Source: Candidatus Wildermuthbacteria bacterium RIFCSPHIGHO2_01_FULL_48_27b (GTDB lineage: Bacteria > Patescibacteriota > Minisyncoccia > Minisyncoccales > UBA10102). From it: a stretch of DNA of 52,945 nt. The notes under the pieces were generated by a model, which did not search any database, had not been told where the DNA came from, and saw only the letters and a program-made list of their open reading frames with translations. Below, piece by piece: positions 18,259-24,939 of this stretch. The stretch spans positions 1 to 52,945 of the forward strand of contig MHTS01000024.1 of assembly GCA_001824915.1 (NCBI GenBank), written 5' to 3'. Every line of letters begins with the position of its first letter. Positions within the stretch are counted from its first letter, which is position 1. The position numbers were made by a program, and so were the translations under genes.

Positions 18259-18783
18259 ATGGAACAGCAAATTTTGGATTTTATTTTAAAAATAAATTCG
18301 CCGGAACTTCAAGCGAAACTTTTTGGGATTAAACTCCTATTTCTTTCGGTAACCGGTTTTTTCATTGCTGTCATTGTAATCGCGCTTGCCAGAACTCCAT
18401 ATATTAGTTTGAGCATGATCGGAGATGCCGTAGAAATCGCTACCTTTCGCCCTTTTGGATTTCCCAAAATGCGGCGCCGATGGCAAAAAATTATGCAGCG
18501 TTTGGATGCGGATGATGAAGCCGAATACAAGCTCGCGATTATTGAGGCAGACACTTTGCTGGACGAAATGCTCAAAAAAATGCGACTTGCGGGAAACAAT
18601 GTGGATGAGCGCCTGGAGAAAGTTACTCTTTTTATGCTCCCTAGCGTAGAAGAGCTCAAAGTTGCTCATCGGACGCGCAGCAGTATCGTGTATGATGTCG
18701 ATTATAGGCTGAGCTTGCAAGAAGCGCGCCGCGTGCTTTTAGCGTATCAAAAGGCTTTTGAGCAGCTTGATTTTTTCCACTAA
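18259..18783 (+). CDS. Hypothetical membrane protein
   Basis: The internal ATG at 18259 gives MEQQILDFILK... followed by one TM helix (LLFLSVTGFFIAVIVIALA). No family recognised. Confidence 0.5.
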   Translation: MEQQILDFILKINSPELQAKLFGIKLLFLSVTGFFIAVIVIALARTPYISLSMIGDAVEIATFRPFGFPKMRRRWQKIMQRLDADDEAEYKLAIIEADTLLDEMLKKMRLAGNNVDERLEKVTLFMLPSVEELKVAHRTRSSIVYDVDYRLSLQEARRVLLAYQKAFEQLDFFH

Positions 18784-18800
18784 AAAGCGTATGCTAATTG

Positions 18801-18871
18801 CGCGGGGTAGTGGAGTAGTACCATGCGAGGCCCATAACCTTGTGACGCCGGTGCAATTCCGGCCCCCGCAA
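18801..18871 (+). tRNA. Initiator-like tRNA-Met (CAU) with a non-canonical D-loop, T-loop and position 33
   Basis: The acceptor stem CGCGGGG/CCCCGCA with a C1:A72 mismatch, and the T-stem GCCGG/CCGGC, closely resemble E. coli tRNA-fMet. The anticodon loop is CCCATAA. Oddities: the D-loop AGTAGTA lacks GG, the T-loop is TGCAATT (G at position 55), position 33 is C, and CCA is not encoded. Confidence 0.6.
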
Positions 18872-18893
18872 CATACAGGCAGTAGGGATAACA

Positions 18894-18979
18894 GGGCATT
18901 TCTTAACGGATTGCGGTCGCCTCGACGGCGACATCGCAATCCTAAAATGCCCCACAAAATTCAAGCAGTTGAATTTTGT
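18894..18979 (+). other. Two stable hairpins filling the spacer between the two tRNA-Met genes
   Basis: The first is a nested hairpin: GGGCATTT..GGATTGCG-GTCGCC-tcga-(c)GGCGAC-at-CGCAATCC..AAATGCCC (18894-18952). The second is ACAAAATTCAA-gcag-TTGAATTTTGT (18954-18979), which ends exactly at the 5' end of the next tRNA. Confidence 0.5.
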
Positions 18980-19053
18980 GCCAGGGTAGCTCAGTTGGTT
19001 AGAGCGAAGGACTCATAAGCCTTAGGTCGTGGGTTCGATTCCCACCCCTGGCA
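18980..19053 (+). tRNA. tRNA with anticodon CAU (elongator Met, or Ile2 if lysidine-modified)
   Basis: Canonical cloverleaf: GCCAGGG/CCCTGGC acceptor, D-loop AGTTGGTTA, anticodon loop CTCATAA, T-loop TTCGATT; 74 nt, no CCA encoded. Confidence 0.85.
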
Positions 19054-19199
19054 CACGATTTTTGTCTAAACTTCTTAGTTTAGGTATAAAAATCAGCGGC
19101 CTGAGATAGCCGAAGGACAAAGTCCCTCGACTTCGCTCGGGACGCTAAATTTCGCAAGCCAATCACATTTCGCTTCGCTCATGTTCTTGGGCGAAATTT

Positions 19200-19277
19200 G
19201 CGGGCGTAGCTCAGCTGGTTTAAAGCGCTTCCCTGTCACGGAAGAGATCGTGGGTTCGAATCCCATCGCCCGCGCCA
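19200..19277 (+). tRNA. tRNA-Asp (GUC)
   Basis: GCGGGCG/CGCCCGC acceptor, anticodon stem-loop CTTCC-CTGTCAC-GGAAG, T-arm GTGGG-TTCGAAT-CCCAT, discriminator G, CCA encoded. Confidence 0.9.
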
Positions 19278-19322
19278 AAAAACTTGAATAATGGATTCTG
19301 GATTCTGAACTCCGGTGAGGCA

Positions 19323-19351
19323 TTGACTGGAAATATTCTTGGGGGTATTCT
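19323..19351 (+). promoter_or_regulatory. Sigma70-type promoter just downstream of tRNA-Asp
   Basis: TTGACT-17 nt-TATTCT. Confidence 0.4.
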
Positions 19352-19399
19352 CATGGAATATGCGGATATCCTGTTTTATTTGGCTGCAGGAGGTAAGCT

Positions 19400-19813
19400 G
19401 TGGTACAGATTCTTCAGCCGCAACGCACCTTTCAATTTCGCAGGCGCGCCGCACGTAGAGCATACGCGTGCCTGCGAAAATCGCATCTTCCGTTACCCAA
19501 TCCATTCGTACTGTGGAATTCGCGAAAGCTCGATGAATGGGCAGGCCAGGGAGGATGGCAAAAACTACCACACCCCTGCATTTGTAAGGATGGGGCCTCC
19601 GGTTGCCCTGCCGCAACAATCTTCATCCAGTTCGCCCAAGGAGCCGTGCAGAACGTTTACCGAGAAGTTATTATTCGGATCATCGGTCCGCATTTAACTG
19701 TTGTTGGGCGCGTAACGGTTGCGCTTCATCGACGCGGAGCTCGAATCGACGTATTGGACCTCGAATGGCGTATTGGGGAGATACCGCAGTTCCTCAGTGG
19801 GAACGGACGATGA
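19400..19813 (+). CDS. Hypothetical Arg/Cys-rich protein (first gene of the tRNA-Asp-adjacent island)
   Basis: GTG start preceded by a perfect AGGAGG at 6-nt spacing; the stop lies 18 nt before a hairpin and T-run; promoter at 19323. The composition is odd, several other frames are also open, and there is no family match, so whether it is coding is uncertain. Confidence 0.4.
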   Translation: MVQILQPQRTFQFRRRAARRAYACLRKSHLPLPNPFVLWNSRKLDEWAGQGGWQKLPHPCICKDGASGCPAATIFIQFAQGAVQNVYREVIIRIIGPHLTVVGRVTVALHRRGARIDVLDLEWRIGEIPQFLSGNGR

Positions 19814-19831
19814 CGCTTGGGTCGTTTGACC

Positions 19832-19866
19832 AGCGCCCTCCCTAACACGGAAGGCGCTTTTCTTTT
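19832..19866 (+). terminator. Rho-independent terminator
   Basis: AGCGCCCTCC-ctaacac-GGAAGGCGCT followed by TTTCTTTT. Confidence 0.55.
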
Positions 19867-19940
19867 CGGTCTGGAAAACTAAAAAGCTATGTGATACACT
19901 GTTTACGGAACAACAACCAGATAGTCTTGAGGGGGGAAGC

Positions 19941-20294
19941 ATGGAGAATATGCTTGTGCTTTTGGTGAATCCTTGGGATCCCCAAGTTCAGAATCCCACC
20001 TTGGCGTCGGACCACAAACCCGAATTCGGAATTGTACAAATCGTACTCGATAAAGCTGGCGTCCGATATGATGAGCGTCGCTGTGTGGTAAAACATGGCG
20101 GGAAAACCTCCATATTGCCAGTGGGGCAGCTCATTCCACTTCTAGAACTTTCACCTGGAGATGCACGTGCACTAACTGCAGACGAGGCGTTTATCAAGCG
20201 GGCTGCTGAAATCGTGAAGAAGAGGGCATTCCAGCATATGCCACCCTCCCAACGCAATTTCCTCCTTGAGGTGATATCTTCAAAAAGAGGGTGA
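19941..20294 (+). CDS. Hypothetical protein
   Basis: 117-aa ORF with a purine-rich GAGGGGGG before the ATG. No recognisable domain. Confidence 0.5.
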   Translation: MENMLVLLVNPWDPQVQNPTLASDHKPEFGIVQIVLDKAGVRYDERRCVVKHGGKTSILPVGQLIPLLELSPGDARALTADEAFIKRAAEIVKKRAFQHMPPSQRNFLLEVISSKRG

Positions 20295-20402
20295 TAGCGT
20301 AAGCTACCACCGCTCCAAAAGGCTATGCGTTCTTTTCGTTCGCACAGCCCTTTCTTTTTTGCTGGAAAAATAATGAGAAATGAAGTAGGGTAGATGAATA
20401 TT

Positions 20403-20787
20403 ATGAAGCGGGCGATTATTGTCCATTGTTGGGGCGGGAATCCGGAATATTGTTGGTACCCGCAAACAAAAAAAGAGCTCGAAGAGCAGGGTTTTGAAGT
20501 TATGGTTCCTGCGATGCCAGATACCGAACATCCAAAGCAATCTGCTTGGGTTCCGGTTCTTCGCGAAGTAGTGGGTACTCCAACCGAAGAAACGTATCTT
20601 ATTGGTCATAGTTGTTCCTCTAAATCGTGGAGACATTCTCAAAAACGAGCTTGGCGCCGAGCTTATCGTCAAAGAAAACATGAACCATTTCTCCGGCCCT
20701 TCCGATGATTTGCCAATGTGCACCTCTCTTCCAGAAGTTTCAGAGGCGATAAGGAAAATGACGGAGTCGCCGGGGAATGGAGTCTAG
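20403..20787 (+). pseudogene. Degraded alpha/beta serine hydrolase (YdeN/RBBP9-type): internal deletion plus frameshift
   Basis: The N-terminal frame reads MKRAIIVHCWGGNPEYCWYPQTKKELEEQGFEVMVPAMPDTEHPKQSAWVPVL...TYLIGHS, then becomes nonsense. The +1 frame resumes with ...LGAELIVKENMNHFSGP, which is C-terminal-like. The total span of about 130 codons is too short for this fold. Confidence 0.6.
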
Positions 20788-20792
20788 CTTCC

Positions 20793-20821
20793 TTGACAAG
20801 ATTTTCCAGGTGGTATATACT
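20793..20821 (+). promoter_or_regulatory. Near-consensus sigma70 promoter
   Basis: TTGACA-17 nt-TATACT. Confidence 0.55.
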
Positions 20822-20827
20822 AACTTT

Positions 20828-20926
20828 GGTTTAAAAAAACCAAATTCTCGACTTGGAAGATGTGTGTGCTCCTGTTTGTTGTACGCGCTATTTCGATGCT
20901 TGAAAACTCTGAATAGCTTTTTTTTT
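20828..20926 (+). ncRNA. Candidate short transcript or attenuator downstream of the 20793 promoter
   Basis: Hairpin TTTGGTTT/AAACCAAA at the predicted 5' end. An 18-codon ORF (20860-20916, MCVLLFVVRAISMLENSE*) has its stop inside a weak stem GCTATT(T)C/GAATAGC, which is followed by nine T residues (20918-20926). Confidence 0.35.
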
Positions 20927-21105
20927 GCACAAAAGTGATTCATACATATCTTTCAAGTCGAGAAGGCTAGCTCTTTAACAGAGTAAATCTTCTTAGGCTT
21001 GAGAAATTTTACATGGCAGAAAAGGAGGTGAGTATTTGCTTGTTAGCTAATCTTGGCTAAACAATTGTTTCTCGGTACCCTATCAAAAAACAACAGGAGA
21101 AATCA

Positions 21106-22599
21106 ATGACATCGGGCAAACAGTTGGTAAGGAATACCACCGTTCTCGGCTCAGTGCTTATGGCGATGGTGCTGGCGTTTGTTGTCCTGATGCCTCAGGT
21201 GGCGCAGGGCGCCAACGGCGATCCGCCCAGCATTTCGCCGTCCTCGGTGGTGGTGGATATTCCGCAGGGCGGCGAGACGGTCATTGAGAAGACCGTCCAA
21301 ACGTCGACAATCCCACCGAAGGTGGACATCTATTTCCTCTCTGATACCACGGGGAGCATGGGGAGAGCCATCGCAGCAGTCCAGGGTGGCGCCGGTGCGG
21401 TGCTTGCTACTATTGATGCTGCGACTCCCGACGCCCGCTACGGCGCCGGTGACTACAAGGACTTTCAGTCGCCCACGCAGCTTGACCCGTACGCCTTCAA
21501 CAATGCCGCGCCCATCCCGGGCGTGGACGACAATGGCGCCGCCGCTTTGGCCGCCATCGGAGGTTGGGCCGCCGCTGGCGGGTTTGATGGTCCTGAAGGC
21601 CAACTGTATGCCTTACACCAGCTTGCCGCTCACGGCGCTGCTGCTTTCCGGCCCAGCGCGACTAAGGTCGTTGTCTGGTTCGGAGACATCAACGGGCATG
21701 ACCCTGTGTGCGCCGCCATTTCTGGCGACCCGCACGCCGTGACCCTAGCAAGTTTGCTCCCCGAGCTCACGACTGCGGGGATCATAGTTAACGCCATCAG
21801 CACTGTCGGCGGTCCCGGATTGGATGGGGTCTTCGCAGGCGGCGACTACGCGGCAGCGTGTGGTCCTGAACCGGCTCCAGCAGGCGGGCAGGGATTGGCC
21901 ATTACAGGCGCCACGGGTGGCACCAGCTTCGTTGGTGTCGCGCCAGCGGCCATTTCCGCCGCGATTCTGGCGGGGCTCTCAAGCCTTCCCGTGACGGTGT
22001 CTATGGCTAGCGATTGTGCTGCCCCGATCAGTACCACGTTCGCGCCTGTTAGCGTCGGGCCGGTACCGTCCGGTTCGGCGGTTAGCTTCCTGGAGACCAT
22101 CTCGGTGGCTCCTGGCGCAGTGCCCGGCGTCTACGAGTGCGACGACTGGGCTCTGATCAACGGCACGCCGATGGTGGACGCTTCAGGTGAGACCATCAAG
22201 GAGCACAAGAAGATAACGGTAACTGACGTGACGCCACCGGCGGCGTCTTGTACCCCAACCACGAATCCTGCCGGGGAAAATGTGCCCACGGCTCCCGGTA
22301 AGGGCGCTCAGGGCCAGAACCAGGACGGGTTCTACGTCTTGAATGCCTCCGACGCGGTTGACTCGTCGCCCGATATCTACCTGGTAGACGACGGCACGGG
22401 TACCGTCTTCGGGCCGTTTGTAAGCGGCACTAAGATTAAGTACGCCGAGGCCAATGGCGCGGTTCCTTCCCAGAAGCCCGGGAGTGGCGTCATCAACTGG
22501 AAGATCAACGGACAGGGCGATGCCCAGGTATACGCCGTTGACGCCTCCGGCAACAAGTCGGCGGTCGTATCCTGTTTGGTGCCACCAGAACCCAAATAG
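21106..22599 (+). CDS. Secreted von Willebrand factor A-like protein (GC-rich, likely acquired)
   Basis: SD AGGAGA. The signal peptide ends ...VAQGA. DIYFLSDTTGSMG is a vWA MIDAS-type DxTxS motif. An Ala/Gly-rich middle region is followed by a C-terminal beta-rich domain. Codons are dominated by G/C at the third position, unlike the backbone. Confidence 0.75.
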   Translation: MTSGKQLVRNTTVLGSVLMAMVLAFVVLMPQVAQGANGDPPSISPSSVVVDIPQGGETVIEKTVQTSTIPPKVDIYFLSDTTGSMGRAIAAVQGGAGAVLATIDAATPDARYGAGDYKDFQSPTQLDPYAFNNAAPIPGVDDNGAAALAAIGGWAAAGGFDGPEGQLYALHQLAAHGAAAFRPSATKVVVWFGDINGHDPVCAAISGDPHAVTLASLLPELTTAGIIVNAISTVGGPGLDGVFAGGDYAAACGPEPAPAGGQGLAITGATGGTSFVGVAPAAISAAILAGLSSLPVTVSMASDCAAPISTTFAPVSVGPVPSGSAVSFLETISVAPGAVPGVYECDDWALINGTPMVDASGETIKEHKKITVTDVTPPAASCTPTTNPAGENVPTAPGKGAQGQNQDGFYVLNASDAVDSSPDIYLVDDGTGTVFGPFVSGTKIKYAEANGAVPSQKPGSGVINWKINGQGDAQVYAVDASGNKSAVVSCLVPPEPK

Positions 22600-22687
22600 G
22601 CAGAACCAGCCAGAAGATTTACTTTTCCTGGTCAGCGTTAGACGCTAGCTAGGAAACAGAGCGAGCTCTTTAGCTCTTTGATCCAAA

Positions 22688-22735
22688 GGGCAGATGAGAT
22701 TCGAGTTTCTCGAGTCAATTCTGCCCCCTTTTTTT
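22688..22735 (+). terminator. Rho-independent terminator after the vWA gene
   Basis: GGGCAG-(27-nt loop with inner hairpin attcgag/ctcgagt)-CTGCCC, then CCTTTTTTT. Confidence 0.65.
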
Positions 22736-22762
22736 AGACACCCGTTTTGTGTTAGATGCACG

Positions 22763-22791
22763 TTGACTATACAGAAGAAATAACCTATGCT
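22763..22791 (+). promoter_or_regulatory. Sigma70-type promoter
   Basis: TTGACT-17 nt-TATGCT, upstream of SD GAGGAGG and the ATG at 22824. Confidence 0.4.
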
Positions 22792-22823
22792 TAAACGCGG
22801 TACAAAATTTGAGGAGGTATCCC

Positions 22824-23465
22824 ATGCGACACCCTTTCCGTAACGGTCTCGGGTTCCTGGCGGTTCTTGCGGTTCTGGCGGCACTCATGGCGCTCGCGGT
22901 CACCCCGGCTATTGCGGCGATTCCCCCGGCAGACCGTGATGGCTGCTACACGATCCAGGGTGGGACCGTCACGGACAGCGCCGGCAGCTCGCTCGCCACG
23001 GGCTATGACAAGTTCGGGTACAACTACCAGGCCCACCTGTTTGTGGGTACGTACGATTCGTCGGATCGGAACATCGACGGGACGTACTGGGGATCCACGG
23101 GAGACTACGTGGACGATGGTCTGATCATGAAGTGGTCAGACTCCTGGCTCGCGAACGTCGACTGCAACGGTGACGGAAAGCTCGACCGTGGCCTCGTTGA
23201 CGGTGTCGTGGGCGGCACCAGTCTCGGCTGGCTTACAAACCAGAACGAGGGCGATTACGACTCTGACGGCGATGGCACACAGGATGCGCACTACACGTAC
23301 TTCGCCAAGATCGTGTGGACGGGTCCCGGAAGCCCGCTATGGGGCCAGTATTCCGTCATCGAGCAGGTCTACAATGACCCTGTTGGCGGCGCGACCGGGC
23401 TCCTGGGCAAAGTGAGCGCGCCGGGGCTCGGACTCAACGACCAATGGACGTCTTTGGCGCCCTAG
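22824..23465 (+). CDS. Secreted protein with Asp-rich calcium-binding-type loops (GC-rich, likely acquired)
   Basis: Signal peptide LGFLAVLAVLAALMALAVTPAIAA. DCNGDGKLD and DYDSDGDGTQD resemble DxDxDG calcium-binding loops. High GC. Confidence 0.65.
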   Translation: MRHPFRNGLGFLAVLAVLAALMALAVTPAIAAIPPADRDGCYTIQGGTVTDSAGSSLATGYDKFGYNYQAHLFVGTYDSSDRNIDGTYWGSTGDYVDDGLIMKWSDSWLANVDCNGDGKLDRGLVDGVVGGTSLGWLTNQNEGDYDSDGDGTQDAHYTYFAKIVWTGPGSPLWGQYSVIEQVYNDPVGGATGLLGKVSAPGLGLNDQWTSLAP

Positions 23466-23494
23466 AGAGGGGGTGCGGATCCTCTGCGCAAAAG

Positions 23495-23528
23495 GGGCTG
23501 TAGCGGAAGCTATGGCCCTGCTTTTTTT
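23495..23528 (+). terminator. Rho-independent terminator ending the GC-rich island
   Basis: GGGCTGTAGC-ggaa-GCTATGGCCC followed by TGCTTTTTTT. Confidence 0.65.
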
Positions 23529-23582
23529 ACGATTTTTTGATAGAATGAAATATACAAGGTCATAATGAAAAAATAAATACAT

Positions 23583-24188
23583 ATGAAAAATATTCTTATA
23601 GTCGCGGGAGTGATTGCTGTTGGAGGCGTGATAGCATTTATGATGTTTGGAAGAGGAGAGACGCCTAATTCACAAACTGAAAATCCTATGGTTACTGTAA
23701 AAACAAACAAGGGAGATATCACGCTGGAGCTTTTTATGGATAAAACGCCGATTACCGCGGGGAATTTCGTGAAATTAGCAAAAGAAGGATTTTACAACGG
23801 CACAAAGTTCCACCGGATTATTGCGCAATTTATGATTCAAGGCGGGGATCCGAATTCAAAAGGTGATGATTCGAGCGTCTATGGCACGGGCGGATCTGGA
23901 TATACTATTCAAGATGAATTCGTGGAAGGTTTGTCGAATGTGCGGGGAACAATTTCCATGGCAAACACGGGAGCTCCGAATTCCGGCGGAAGCCAATTTT
24001 TCATCAACCTTGTAGATAATATCGGCCTTGATTTTAACAAAGAGCCGTTCACAAGCCGACATCCCGTATTTGGCAAGGTAATTGCCGGGATGGATGCCGT
24101 AGACGCGATCGCACAAGTTCCGACTGATGCTCGTGATGTTCCGGTAGAACCAATAGTCGTTACCGAGATAATCGTAGAAGAAAAATAG
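23583..24188 (+). CDS. ppiB: Cyclophilin-type peptidyl-prolyl cis-trans isomerase with N-terminal membrane anchor
   Basis: ...FHRIIAQFMIQGGDP...GTISMANTGAPNSGGSQFFINL... are cyclophilin signatures. N-terminal hydrophobic segment ILIVAGVIAVGGVIAFMMF. Confidence 0.9.
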   Translation: MKNILIVAGVIAVGGVIAFMMFGRGETPNSQTENPMVTVKTNKGDITLELFMDKTPITAGNFVKLAKEGFYNGTKFHRIIAQFMIQGGDPNSKGDDSSVYGTGGSGYTIQDEFVEGLSNVRGTISMANTGAPNSGGSQFFINLVDNIGLDFNKEPFTSRHPVFGKVIAGMDAVDAIAQVPTDARDVPVEPIVVTEIIVEEK

Positions 24189-24205
24189 CTTTTCCAACCG
24201 TAAAA

Positions 24206-24811
24206 TTATTCGATAAGTGGGACAAACATGAAACCGGGGAATTTTTGAATATCCGTTTTGGTTTCTGAAATTTTGCGCACCCGAAGTATATCTTCTCTTA
24301 CAGGAATTACTAAAATTCCCCCAACTTTCAGCTGCTGCACCAATTCTTTTGGAAGCGAACTCGCGGTGGCTGAAGCTAAAATCCTGTCGAATGGCGCCTC
24401 TTGCGTCATGCCGAGTTTTTTAGCTGCCTGAACTATTTGCGCTTGCGGAAGTCGATACTTTGCCAAATTCCGTTGCCCGAACGTCACAAGCTCCGGGATA
24501 ATTTCTGTCCCATACACATGTCCTTTTGAACCCGCAATGTGGGCCAAAAGAGCAGTGGTCCAGCCGGATCCTGATCCCACATCCAGAATCTTTTCTCCGG
24601 ATTTTGGCTGGAGCAATTCAAGCATAAATGCCACGGTGTATGGCTGTGATATAGTCTGCCCCGAGCCAATGGGAAGAGGATAGTCTTCGTACGCTGCTTC
24701 GCGATAATCCGGCAACACAAAATCTTTTCTATCAATTGCGCCAAATGCCGCAATAATATTCGGCTCCTTGAGCACTCCAAGACTTGTGAGATGTTGGATA
24801 AGTTTATCCAT
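24206..24811 (-). CDS. pcm: Protein-L-isoaspartate O-methyltransferase
   Basis: GSGQTISQPYTVAFMLELL and the SAM motif ILDVGSGSGWTTALLAHI. Start taken at MDKLIQHL. Confidence 0.85.
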   Translation of the reverse strand: MDKLIQHLTSLGVLKEPNIIAAFGAIDRKDFVLPDYREAAYEDYPLPIGSGQTISQPYTVAFMLELLQPKSGEKILDVGSGSGWTTALLAHIAGSKGHVYGTEIIPELVTFGQRNLAKYRLPQAQIVQAAKKLGMTQEAPFDRILASATASSLPKELVQQLKVGGILVIPVREDILRVRKISETKTDIQKFPGFMFVPLIE

Positions 24812-24939
24812 TACTCTATACAAACATGTATAGTTCACTCATTCAAGCGTACGCCGTGTGTGGACAGAGGCTGTTTCGCGTGGTATGAAACGGATAGTTC
24901 CCGCTGAAAATCGAATACTGGAAAGAAAGCGAGAGAGCA

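Noticed and set aside
19054-19199. RNase P RNA or another known housekeeping RNA in the tRNA spacer (GGACAAAGTCCC resembles the P4 GGAAAGUCC motif).
   Set aside because: The spacer is only 146 nt, and the complementary P4 strand and other conserved RNase P regions are absent. It also has no SRP (GGAA/AGCA loop) or tmRNA signatures.
18758-19323. ORFs 18758-19018 (+) and 19093-19323 (-).
   Set aside because: They run through the tRNA genes and their spacers (for example ...AMGFEPTISSV is a translated tRNA T-arm), so they are spurious.
19284-19942. Remnant tyrosine integrase or prophage end next to tRNA-Asp (ORFs 19236-19619 -, 19694-19942 -, 19284-19697 +).
   Set aside because: I translated both strands and found no recombinase motifs of the HxxR...Y type. 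There is no repeat of the tRNA 3' end. The overlapping ORFs are best explained by elevated GC, and only the 19400 frame has expression signals.
21151-22100. Antisense and alternative-frame ORFs inside the vWA gene (21151-21603 -, 21284-21742 +, 21846-22100 -), with similar cases at 22867-23415 and 6844-7368.
   Set aside because: Long open frames in all phases are expected in GC-rich DNA. They lack SD or start context and have Arg/Pro/Ala-biased nonsense composition. The signal-peptide-bearing frames are the real genes.
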